From assembly GCA_963844715.1 (NCBI GenBank), contig CAWJPJ010000005.1:320305-384304 (forward strand): a stretch of 64,000 nt of DNA, read 5' to 3'. Positions 47,724-56,588 of the stretch are shown piece by piece; the stretch's first letter is position 1; each line of letters starts with the position of its first letter. The notes under the pieces are model-generated. The model was not told the DNA's origin and ran no database searches. It saw only the letters and a list, made by a program, of their open reading frames with translations. The translations under genes were made by a program, and so were the position numbers. The stretch is from an uncultured Phycisphaerales bacterium (GTDB lineage: Bacteria; Planctomycetota; Phycisphaerae; Tepidisphaerales; Tepidisphaeraceae).

Positions 47724-48047
47724 ATGGACAAGCGACTGACCTTTTCCGCCAATTCGATTACGGTGGGAGACCTCTCGTGGTCAACGCCGTACCCTGTCCA
47801 CGATGCCCGATGGGTCGGCCATCGGATCATCGCCATCTACGATTATCGCTCATCGCCCAACTCGGTTTTCAACAACCTTGAGGCTTTCGACGAGACCGGT
47901 CATAAGTTATGGACAGCGGAAAATCCCGGTGACGTTTATGTCGATTTTATGTCAGAAATACCGCTGGTCGTCTGGCAGTTCGCGTGTTTGCGATGCACCA
48001 TTGATGTGGAAAACGGGAGAGTGCTTGACGTTGTCTTCTCGAAATAA
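47724..48047 (+). CDS. Cassette ORF, hypothetical
   Basis: ATG just after R' core, TAA within AAATAAC. Confidence 0.7.
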   Translation: MDKRLTFSANSITVGDLSWSTPYPVHDARWVGHRIIAIYDYRSSPNSVFNNLEAFDETGHKLWTAENPGDVYVDFMSEIPLVVWQFACLRCTIDVENGRVLDVVFSK

Positions 48048-48095
48048 CCAGCCGCCCCCTGTGGCCGTCTTGGCTTGGTTGGTGAGTCTGCTCTC

Positions 48096-48685
48096 ATGGC
48101 TTGGATACCTTTTTATGCTGACGGCGTTGATATTGCGGAAATCCTGGCATATCTCAACGAAGACGACGCGACAGCCTTTATCGTCGCCGACGGTGCCAAG
48201 CGATGGAGGGCAGCCGCTCGCTTGCCTTCACTGCCTGATGGTCGCTACACGCTATGGATTTGCCTCGCCGGTCCGTTACCACTGCTAAGGCCGCATCCTC
48301 AGCCTAACTTGATCGTGGATGATCCTTGGTCGGGATGGGATGAATTGCGAACCGGTGCGAATCCAAACGAAGCGTATTTTGGCGCAAGTCCAGTAGTCGT
48401 GGCTTGGTTGCACGTTCGAACCCATGGCCGCGAATCGCCAGAATCAATCGGGCTTTCAAGCTTCGGGTGGGTGGGCAACAAATACAGGCGCGTCGGTAAA
48501 CCGGCACCGCCCGCCGCGCTTGATTGGTGGAAAAAGCTGGGCCGCAAAGTAAAAAAACATGCGGTTCGTGTTCCGCGCAAGGTACGCTAGATGGGCTCAA
48601 GCCGGAAATTTGGGCTCGCCCGTCGGCCCTTGCCGCAGTTCGCAAGTGGTATTCCACGAGATCGCAATCCATGACGGCCAATTAA
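48096..48685 (+). CDS. Cassette ORF, hypothetical (apparent frameshift near 48585)
   Basis: ORF to 48590 continues in another frame to TAA within AATTAAC. Confidence 0.65.
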
Positions 48686-48784
48686 CCAACCGCTGCTGTA
48701 TGGACCGCTCCACGTAGCGTCGGTATGCTCACCTATTTCGTGCGCCGCGTTGCGTTACGGGTTGCAAACCGTCATCCGTTATCT
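48680..48784 (+). repeat. attC site
   Basis: AATTAAC caaccgctgctgtatggaccg ... cgtcatcc GTTATCT. Confidence 0.72.
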
Positions 48785-48798
48785 TGCAGGAGCCGAAG

Positions 48799-49168
48799 GT
48801 GGTTTATTATCTTAACCTAGACAAACGCGACCTAGGTTTCGATGCTTCGTTTGAGAGCAGCCGGTTGCCGCGCAAGCGACGAGCTCCGGGCAATTACGAA
48901 GCGACTCGGGATCAAAAGCATCTTCGAGTTGTTCAGCTATTCCGCACAAAACTCTTTATGTCCGCCGGAACATAGGGAGAAAGTGGTCCCATGGTTCGAA
49001 CCAGCCGATGGAATCGCTTGGCTTGAGGCCATTATTGGCTTTATTCGTGCGGATGGCTCGGCAGTCAAAAACCCCGAAGAATTGCTTCAGGACCTTGCAT
49101 CCTGCCAAAACATTCTTCGTCAGGCGCAAACCGCTGGCGCAAAGTGGCACTTTGAAATGGACATATGA
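48799..49168 (+). CDS. Cassette ORF, hypothetical (apparent frameshift near 48865)
   Basis: AGGAG RBS + GTG; C-terminal WFEPADG...KWHFEMDI. Confidence 0.6.
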
Positions 49169-49207
49169 TGGCGACCGGTGTACCCGGCATATAGGTCTGT
49201 CGCTTAA

Positions 49208-49910
49208 ATGGTCGTGCCGCCGCCGGTCAGTCCTGCGCAGCGGCTGAAGGCTGCCTATACTTTTGTTGCCGGCTTGCATTGGGCTTGTTGGCATAGTGTA
49301 TCGTCTTTTATTCTGCGATCGCCAATGGGAATGTCTGCGTTCATCATTCGAGACGGGGACGACCAGCATCGCACGTTAATCAGCGACCGTGATATCGGCC
49401 TGCTCTCCGGTCCGCTTTTTACCGAGGGGCCGATTTTCAGCTTCACATACGGCTTCTATGAGAACTTCACGGTTGCGCACGGTATTCCACCGGGCTCGCA
49501 CGTCGTACGCCCCGCCCAAAAGCTCTATAACGCGGCTTCCGCCCTTTTGCGCAGTCGAACGTGATATAGAGCTTTTGACTTTCGATTATTCATTTGCCAT
49601 AGATGACGAGCGCGCTAAAGAAGGGCCTGAAGTCATCTTCCTTAGGGGGCGCAAGGGTCTCGTGTTGACGCACCCAAAGGGGTTTTGTCACATAGAAATC
49701 AGTGAAACCACTCCAAAGGGAAAAAGGGTACTTGAGATCGTCGATCTGCGTGTGCTAGGTGACTTTATTGCCGACGGACCGATGAGAATTTCAGCCCACC
49801 GCAAAGCTGCGACGCTGAATTGGGCCGAAGTGCTGCCGCCGCTTCTGGCGTTCCTTGGTCCAAGGATCAAAAAACGCTTGGTGGTTGAACATATCGACCG
49901 GGTACGATAG
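49208..49910 (+). CDS. Cassette ORF(s), hypothetical (probably one frameshifted gene)
   Basis: Overlapping ORFs 49208-49564 and 49389-49910. Confidence 0.5.
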
Positions 49911-49951
49911 CCAATTGCCGCTAACCGTCAGTCCTTTTAACCTGTCTCGCC

Positions 49952-50221
49952 ATGACGCTCATCGAAACGCATCCCGGCGAAAGCGATGCCGAACTCCGAG
50001 CGGTGACTGACGGCATCCTTAACATGCTGAATCCCGCAAAGCTCAACTGGTGGCACCCGTATGAGCTCCGCGGCGTCCATCACTACCAAGGTAAGTTGTT
50101 TCGGGAGTTCTGGTGCGTCGCTGGCAGCGTCCAGATATGGTTGTGGAAGCTGTCGTGCCAGCACCATCTGCGGCAAGTGGTTTGGCTTTCGGAGGGCGAG
50201 GCAGTGAATCCGGCGGGATAA
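49952..50221 (+). CDS. Cassette ORF, hypothetical
   Basis: 89 aa ORF with stop within GGATAAC. Confidence 0.55.
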   Translation: MTLIETHPGESDAELRAVTDGILNMLNPAKLNWWHPYELRGVHHYQGKLFREFWCVAGSVQIWLWKLSCQHHLRQVVWLSEGEAVNPAG

Positions 50222-50326
50222 CCAGCCTCTACTGTGGACGGTCCCGCATTGCTGCTGGTATGCTATCCCGCGCCGTGGCCCGCCTCGCGCGTCGCCTTGT
50301 CCGCAAAGAGCGGTCCTCTCTTACAT
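50216..50326 (+). repeat. attC site (R' degenerate)
   Basis: GGATAAC cagcctctactgtggacgg ... tccgcaaagag ... CTTACAT. Confidence 0.68.
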
Positions 50327-50573
50327 GGCCCAAGCATTCACCATTGATCGACAGGTCGAACGATACTTCATCGTCACCGACCTCCTTTGTGGTATTGCAA
50401 TCTGCGAAGGGTGCAAGTGCGAACCGGTCTACACCAGCGAGGCCCCTAAGATGTCCGACAAGCATCGATACGATCAGGCAGTTGCAATGCAGGCGACAGG
50501 CTGGGTAGTGCTCGCAGACAATATCAGCCTGTTATGTCCCAAGTGCGCCGCCCGCCGATCCGGCGCCATATAA
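50325..50573 (+). CDS. Cassette ORF, small zinc-binding protein
   Basis: CEGC ... GW ... CPKC; stop within ATATAAC. Confidence 0.7.
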   Translation: MAQAFTIDRQVERYFIVTDLLCGIAICEGCKCEPVYTSEAPKMSDKHRYDQAVAMQATGWVVLADNISLLCPKCAARRSGAI

Positions 50574-50677
50574 CCAGCCGCCGCTGTGGACCGGTCCGCA
50601 TCGCATCGTTAGATTGTCTTTCGTTCCGCGTCCCGTCGCGCGTCGCATTGCGGGCCATAGAGCGCCGTCCGATATGT
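50568..50677 (+). repeat. attC site (R' degenerate)
   Basis: ATATAAC cagccgccgctgtggaccgg ... cgggccatag ... GATATGT. Confidence 0.72.
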
Positions 50678-50695
50678 GGCACAGGGGATTGCACG

Positions 50696-51214
50696 ATGCG
50701 GACAGTCATCGCTCAGACTGACAAGGCACTAGACGAACGCCTCTATTATCTCGCGCTCATCGCCGCGCTGACAATTCCAGATATGGCAGCCGCGCTCGAA
50801 TCGCCAGATGGTCGCTCGTCCGCAAAGCGATACATCTCCTGGTACGAAAAATGGGTTCGTCCTCGCTTGCGTGAATCTCGGGATCGAGACAACCCTTTCA
50901 CTGGTGAGATGTGCTATGGTTTCCGTTGCGGGATGCTCCACCAAGGCAGAAGCACACATGCCTATCATTTGTACGAGCGCATCGTGTTTATCGAACCCGG
51001 TCATCCGAACTACAGTCTGCATTACTGCACGGTTAGCGGGAAGATTCTCGTGATACAGCTCGATGCGTTTGTTCGCGAAGTGTTGGATGGTTGTTCATTG
51101 TGGCTGAAGGAGGTGGAAGGCAAGGAACCGTTCAACACAAATTACTGCAGCTTTGCGCGTCGTCACCCCGACGGAATCGCCCCATACATCGTCGGGCCAC
51201 CGGTGGTCGGGTAA
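50696..51214 (+). CDS. Cassette ORF, HEPN-like protein
   Basis: YYLALIAALTIPD helix, YISWYEKW, R-X4-H motif (RCGMLH). Confidence 0.65.
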   Translation: MRTVIAQTDKALDERLYYLALIAALTIPDMAAALESPDGRSSAKRYISWYEKWVRPRLRESRDRDNPFTGEMCYGFRCGMLHQGRSTHAYHLYERIVFIEPGHPNYSLHYCTVSGKILVIQLDAFVREVLDGCSLWLKEVEGKEPFNTNYCSFARRHPDGIAPYIVGPPVVG

Positions 51215-51236
51215 TATGTTCGGCGGACGGCGTGAC

Positions 51237-51337
51237 ACATAACCCGCCAATGCAGTGGACCGAGGCGGCGGGTAAGCTTCTTGAATTCGAGAGCCGGCAC
51301 GGCACCAGTTCGGCCACTGATCGGCACTACGTTAATC
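51237..51337 (+). repeat. attC site (canonical)
   Basis: R'' ACATAAC, L'' AT(G)CAGTG / L' CACTGAT with extrahelical G, G(A)CCGA/TCGGC with second extrahelical base, R' GTTAATC. Confidence 0.9.
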
Positions 51338-51341
51338 CGTT

Positions 51342-51782
51342 TTGAATACCGACACAGTTCAATTCGTTCGTGGAAGTGCGGCTCGCGCGATGCGCGCGCT
51401 AGCAAGCATGGCCATCGCCCTCAGCGTGCTGCTCGGATTAGCACTGTGGCTCGTGGTCAAGGATACGACGGAGAAAAAGATTGTGGTCGAGGTTGCGTTT
51501 GTCATTGTCATAGCTGTTCTGATCACCGCTGCAAGCGGTGCTGCGGCTTGCACGGTCGCGAAGGTGCGAGATGGCAAGCTGGATTTCTTCTTCTGCGGCA
51601 TGCGGACGAAATCCTTCACACTAGACGGCGGCACGACGTTCGACCTACACAAGATCGGACGGCTGGAGGTGCTTCGCATTTGGCGTGAACGATCGAGCTA
51701 TGTCCCCAACGGGGCGCTAGACAAAGAAGCACTTATCGCGCTGCTTCGCACCAATGGTGTGGTGGAGCGGCAAGCGGACTAA
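51342..51782 (+). CDS. Cassette ORF, two-TM membrane protein
   Basis: Two hydrophobic helices; stop within GACTAAC. Confidence 0.7.
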   Translation: MNTDTVQFVRGSAARAMRALASMAIALSVLLGLALWLVVKDTTEKKIVVEVAFVIVIAVLITAASGAAACTVAKVRDGKLDFFFCGMRTKSFTLDGGTTFDLHKIGRLEVLRIWRERSSYVPNGALDKEALIALLRTNGVVERQAD

Positions 51783-51877
51783 CCACACGCTGCAATGGAC
51801 CGGCCCCGCGTCAACAGTATTGGTAACATGAAAGTCGGTCGGCGCGAGGCCAGCCGTTGAACGTTGATCCGTTACGT
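51777..51877 (+). repeat. attC site (terminal)
   Basis: GACTAAC cacacgctgcaatggaccggcc ... ggccagccgttgaa ... GTTACGT. Confidence 0.85.
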
Positions 51878-51909
51878 CGTCGATTGCCTCGGCGCTGGAC
51901 CATGGTAGG

Positions 51910-52347
51910 TCATCGGCATGGTTTGCGGTGTGGCCGCTTCCTGCTCGGCGCCGGGTCCATGACGGATCGGCGGTTGCGCCTATTGGTCGCCAACGCATCC
52001 AGGAACACTTCAAATCGCTGCGATGCGCTCGCCCATGCCTTTTCCTTGTTCTCCGGCTTCACTGGCGGCATGTGACGGAAGAATGTGCACACAAACATCG
52101 CCAGCATTTCCCGGACCAGCTCATGCTGAGATTGCTGGTCCTCGTGCATCTTGACCATCCGATTGAAGCAGCGATCGATGGCCTTGAGCGAGGTTTGTTC
52201 CTGCTTCTCCCGATATTCGGGCATTAATGATTGTCGCGCCGCGTCCACCACAACCGAGCCAAGGGACGATCTGGTTAGCGATGCCTGCACTTTGACCGCT
52301 TTGAGCAAGGCGTCATCCAGCCGGATTGTCAGAGGGTATTTGTCCAT
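51910..52347 (-). CDS. CopG/RHH-family protein of the type found in Tn4371-like conjugation modules
   Basis: LTIRLDDALL...VVVDAARQSL RHH; EMLAMFV..F...PP...RFEVFLDALA C-terminus. Confidence 0.75.
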   Translation of the reverse strand: MDKYPLTIRLDDALLKAVKVQASLTRSSLGSVVVDAARQSLMPEYREKQEQTSLKAIDRCFNRMVKMHEDQQSQHELVREMLAMFVCTFFRHMPPVKPENKEKAWASASQRFEVFLDALATNRRNRRSVMDPAPSRKRPHRKPCR

Positions 52348-53888
52348 TACAACTCCTGGCCCATGTCCAAATCCCGGCCCTGGTCCAGCGTGATGTTGTT
52401 TACATCCGTGACGCCGGCGGCTTCCTCGCGCTGGGCCTGCTGGCCCATGAAGCTCTCAAACTCGGCTATATCCACTTCGTAATCGCCGCCGTCGCTGCGG
52501 CTGATTCCACTGTCGGGATTGCCAGCCCAGCGCTCAACTAAGCGCTCCGCAGTGTCCGATATCGAGTGCGCCCGTTGCCATGCCGCATCACCATTAGCGC
52601 GGTCCAGCAGGTTGTCGAGGTGCTTTGTTGGCGAATAGATGCCGTCGTTCGACTTGGCCTGTTCGATGATCTCCTGCGCAATCTCTCGCCGCTCCTGGGC
52701 CGCTCGGCCAAGCTCCGCCACGTCGCCGATGTTCAGGGATTGGTACGCCTCCCCGTCATAGACCCGCGCATAGTGCATCGTTCCCGCCTCCTCCCGGATG
52801 ACGACAAAGCGCTTATCCGTGATCTCATCCACCCGACCCAATGCCACCACTTCCCCGGCGACTGGCTGCGCAATCGGCTCCCTCGACACATACATGGACT
52901 GGTTCCCCAGGCTTCCGTAAAGCTGCTTGATGATGTCGTGGTGCGCGCCAAGGTCCATCAACTGCTGCTTGAAGTCGGGTTCAAGCTGCCATTTCGTTCC
53001 CCGTATCTTCTCGGCCAGTTCCATGCTCTCGAGCCATTGCAGGCGCGCAATCACCAGCGGCCTGTCGGACCTTCTCCAACCGATCTGCACGTCCGGCGAC
53101 ACGTCGATAACGTGCTGCTCATCCATGTGCCGCTCAATGGTCCGGTCCAAAGATGTGAACCGCTCCGCCTCTACTTCCTTCTCTCGGGCTTGCTCCATCT
53201 CCCTTTCCGTGCGCTCTCCCAGCAGGTCCGTTGCCGCCTCGGACGCCCTTTGCCGGATGCCGTAGCCGATATACTCCCGGCGCAGGATCAGGTCTTGACC
53301 CTGCTCGTCCTTGCCCCGGAAAAGGATGTGCGCGTGCGGATTGTCGGTGTTGTGGTGCTCGATGGCGATCCAGTCAAGCTTGGTGCCGACATCGCGCTCG
53401 ATACGCTGCATCACGTCGCGCACATAGGCGCGCATGTCGGCGATCTCATACCCCTTCTCCGGCGACAGGATGAGCCGGAAGTGGTGCCGATCCTCCTCCC
53501 ATTCCCGTGTCACGGATCGACCATCCAACTTGTCTTGCTGCGCATCGAAGAACGTCCCGCGCTCCCCGTCCTTGCTGGCGCTGTCGCGGGCGAGGTAGCC
53601 GGTATGCGCGCCAAGTCCGCTGCCAGACCTGCGCGAATGGAAGCGGGAAAGCATCTTGACCGTCGCTCTCTGTGCGCGGATTGCTGCCGAAAGGCATGGT
53701 CCCGCGACCCCTGGACCCACCACGGCGCGCGCCATCGCGCGCATCTTCGTGCGCCAGAACCCGCGCCCAAGCCGCTTGGCAATCTCCCCGCTGACACTCC
53801 GCTCGCGTCCTCGTCGCCCGCCAGTGCGCCCGATCCGATCAGAATCAACGCCGTCTCTCGACTTCGACCGATTCACACGTTTCGCCAT
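52347..53888 (-). CDS. VirD2/RlxS-like HUH relaxase (DUF3363-type, MOBP-related)
   Basis: QRATVK, HTGYLARD (catalytic Tyr), HHFRLILSPE, HHNTDNPHAHI, RFTSLDR motifs. Confidence 0.9.
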   Translation of the reverse strand: MAKRVNRSKSRDGVDSDRIGRTGGRRGRERSVSGEIAKRLGRGFWRTKMRAMARAVVGPGVAGPCLSAAIRAQRATVKMLSRFHSRRSGSGLGAHTGYLARDSASKDGERGTFFDAQQDKLDGRSVTREWEEDRHHFRLILSPEKGYEIADMRAYVRDVMQRIERDVGTKLDWIAIEHHNTDNPHAHILFRGKDEQGQDLILRREYIGYGIRQRASEAATDLLGERTEREMEQAREKEVEAERFTSLDRTIERHMDEQHVIDVSPDVQIGWRRSDRPLVIARLQWLESMELAEKIRGTKWQLEPDFKQQLMDLGAHHDIIKQLYGSLGNQSMYVSREPIAQPVAGEVVALGRVDEITDKRFVVIREEAGTMHYARVYDGEAYQSLNIGDVAELGRAAQERREIAQEIIEQAKSNDGIYSPTKHLDNLLDRANGDAAWQRAHSISDTAERLVERWAGNPDSGISRSDGGDYEVDIAEFESFMGQQAQREEAAGVTDVNNITLDQGRDLDMGQEL

Positions 53889-54016
53889 GACGCCGCTCCC
53901 GAAGTTAAATTCCGACAACGACTTACGCATCCAACGCTGACAAACCAACTTGCCAAAATGCGGGTGATTCGCCACAAGTGGTTGCAATTACTACAGATAC
54001 GAAACACCTGAATCAC

Positions 54017-54030
54017 CCCTTTATCTTGCA
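54017..54030 (+). promoter_or_regulatory. Candidate oriT nic region
   Basis: TATCTTGC at 54022-29, one mismatch to the IncP-type nic TATCCTG^C, about 130 bp upstream of the relaxase. Confidence 0.55.
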
Positions 54031-54303
54031 TTCCATTTTCAATACATAAATCTTACCATTCAAACCCGTTGCTATGCTCAAAGGCGATTATACCTAACGG
54101 GACGCTAACGTCAAGCTCCTGCTTTTCGCATGACGTTTACGATCGCGGGAACGACCAAGCAATGGCCTATTGCTCGGTCACCAAGGATGCGCAGGAACGA
54201 TGTGCCAGGGGATGAGTTAATGGCGTAATACATGCTTCAGGAAGACGCGTGGACGTCATCTGACCTGTTGGCGCCGAAGCTTGGTCGCGGTCGGTCAGCC
54301 CAG

Positions 54304-55117
54304 TCATGTTCCGTCAAGCCACTCAGTAGCTAGCTCGGATTTCCCCGATACTGCTTGAACTTTGAGCCGACAGAAGTGGGTTTTAGTGAGCAGATTGGAA
54401 TCAAATGGACGGCACGCGTTGGGGTGCAGCGCTCCTAAAACCTGTGGCGGGATACTTCCAAAACCGCAGATCAGGATACCGGAAATGGATCGGCGAGCAT
54501 GTTCAAATGCGATGTCGATTGTGTCGCGCGAGCGGCGGCTTAATGAACGCGGAATCCCGCAAATTGACGGCCTGATATGGATCGCCGAGGGCCTCGCCAG
54601 CAACAGGATCGAAACCATAAGCAATGACAGGAGTGGAAGTGAGGATGGCTTCGATATGGTGTTTCTGTATGCATCGCGCACCGGCTTGGAAATGCAACGT
54701 ACCTATCGCCAATAGTCCTGGCGCATCCTTGCGCGAGCTAAGCTGTGCGGCCTTATTCACGCATTCGCGTTTCACCAAATCGGTCATTGTGCCATAGTTT
54801 GCGGCCCGCCCAGTTGCCGTAGGAGATAGTTTTGTTGCGTTGGTTACTGCATCAATGGTGAGACAGGTGCTTTCAACGTAGAAAGTTCGGCATCCCTTTC
54901 GACAACGGAAATCAGGTCCGCCGGACACCAAATCTTCGGCGGGTTCGACCGAATCCACCTGGGCTGCGAGATAGCTTCGCACGCACGCTTCGACGATGGC
55001 TGGTTGAGGCTGGTCTTTGAAGCGGCGTTTCCACCGGGCAGATTGTTCCGGGAACACTGTGAGCCACTTCCGGTAGTCGATAAGAACGTCACTGTACATT
55101 TCAGACAGGGTAGCCAT
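54304..55117 (-). CDS. Putative PD-(D/E)xK nuclease-fold protein (apparent frameshift near 54530)
   Basis: E...GPDF......FYVEST...KAAQ motif pattern; C-terminus ISGILI...HPNA in a second frame. Confidence 0.6.
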
Positions 55118-55179
55118 TGATCTCCGCTTCTGCTTTGAAGCTCGCTGAATATCACGGGGTCGCCCCAAAAGAGCCCGCC

Positions 55180-56054
55180 TCACCCGATATGAGCCACAAA
55201 GATTCCAACTCGCTTCTTTGCTATTTCGTCGGGGTACTGATCAACGGTCTTTGAGCCGCATCGGTTTAGCGGTCCATATACGATGATCTTCAGCTTGTCG
55301 CCGGCAGCAATGCGCCATTTACCGGATTTTGTTCCCAAAGGACCGCTGAAACCTTTAAGTACAATCTCCTCGTCGGTCCAACTTTGCAGATAAACGCCAA
55401 TGGCGCATCGATTGATTTCGCCGACGCGACCTGCTACCCAGCGGTGTTGGCCCTCGCCAAGGTTCACAATGGCAAGAGAGGGCCTGAATTCTCCGGCAAG
55501 CGTATCAACGCCACGCGATGCCGGTATTGTCTCCGGTTTACCGCCAAAGCCGTGTCCAGAGATTACGATGCATTGATTCGGCAGGTGATTACCAGAGATC
55601 GGCGTGACGCTTGTGATCTGCGTGCCCCGATCTTCCAACTCTTTGAATAATGCCTCTACTTGTTGGGTGCTGCACCGACAATTCAGCGCGATGTCCGCGA
55701 TAGTCTTGATGCCGCGCACGTACTGGGCATAAAGGGCGTATTGATTGTAAATACTGAGTCGCGTTGGCACGGGATGCTGGTCGTTAGTTCGTTGTGGTGG
55801 GTCGGCCGGGCCGTCTGTCAGCTCCGGGTTATAGAAAGCATCCCCTTCGACATGTTGAGCGTCTTTTCAACGATTTCCAAAGACCCGTATTCGAATCTTC
55901 GGCCCGTCTCAAACTGCCGATCGCTCAACATATCGGTAATAATTTTCCGATCCTCGAATCCACATGCCTTTGCCAATTCCTCCTGAGTAAGATGTGAACC
56001 TTGCCACGCTCGGCGAAGAGCCGGAACGTTTGCCCGGTATAGAGGCCTACCCAT
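55180..56054 (-). CDS. XRE-type HTH, probably fused (frameshift near 55828) to an IPT/TIG-like beta domain
   Basis: LTQEELAKACG HTH; ITSVTP...IVISGHGFG...SWTDEEI; second frame open upstream of 55770. Confidence 0.55.
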
Positions 56055-56230
56055 AGCTCACCTCATGCGCATTCCGCTCGCGCTCTATTCTCATTCCATA
56101 TCTTTCGCCGTAGACGAAGCCGATCGATGATAGCCGCTGAGATAAACAATTGTCACGCTGCTCCGACTGTTCGGTTTGCCAGCGTTAAGGGCCCAGCCGG
56201 AAGTAGCGAATTAGCAAAAGGAGTTTCATC

Positions 56231-56443
56231 ATGAGCGAGTTTCGTCGCAAGTTGAAGGAATCGGGCCATTTTATCGAGGGTGAACGGCACAATGGGACCC
56301 ACGTTCATTACGATTCGTCTGGTGGATCAGACCGGCCGGTGAACGTTCGCAATGAACAGACGGGCGAAGGCCTCAACCTCCGCACCGCTACGCTAAAGGA
56401 GGCCGATGACTTTGCGAAGCGGTGCAACGGTTCGAATGATTGA
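56231..56443 (+). CDS. Small hypothetical protein
   Basis: AAGGAG RBS, 70 aa ORF. Confidence 0.65.
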   Translation: MSEFRRKLKESGHFIEGERHNGTHVHYDSSGGSDRPVNVRNEQTGEGLNLRTATLKEADDFAKRCNGSND

Positions 56444-56497
56444 AATGATTCGACCACGAATGAACATTTACAAATCAGCACCGGATTTTCGCGACGG

Positions 56498-56534
56498 TTG
56501 AACGATCCGCCGAGTTCCTCGGCGGATCGTTCAA
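56498..56534. terminator. Strong hairpin, possible terminator
   Basis: Perfect 17-bp stem ttgaacgatccgccgag/ttc/ctcggcggatcgttcaa; no U-tract on the plus strand. Confidence 0.5.
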
Positions 56535-56588
56535 AATCGTCAAATGTTCTGTAACCTCCGTAGTTGACAGTGGCTCGGGGATTAATCG

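Larger units (their letters stand above)
46731..51877 (+). mobile_element. Integron-type gene cassette array without IntI (CALIN)
   Basis: About ten co-oriented short ORFs, most followed directly by a TAAC...TGGACC...GTTA palindromic attC-like site. Confidence 0.85.

Noticed and set aside
46731..51877. CRISPR array or simple repeat array
   Set aside because: The repeats are ~100 bp, divergent and separated by whole ORFs; this fits attC sites, and there are no cas genes.
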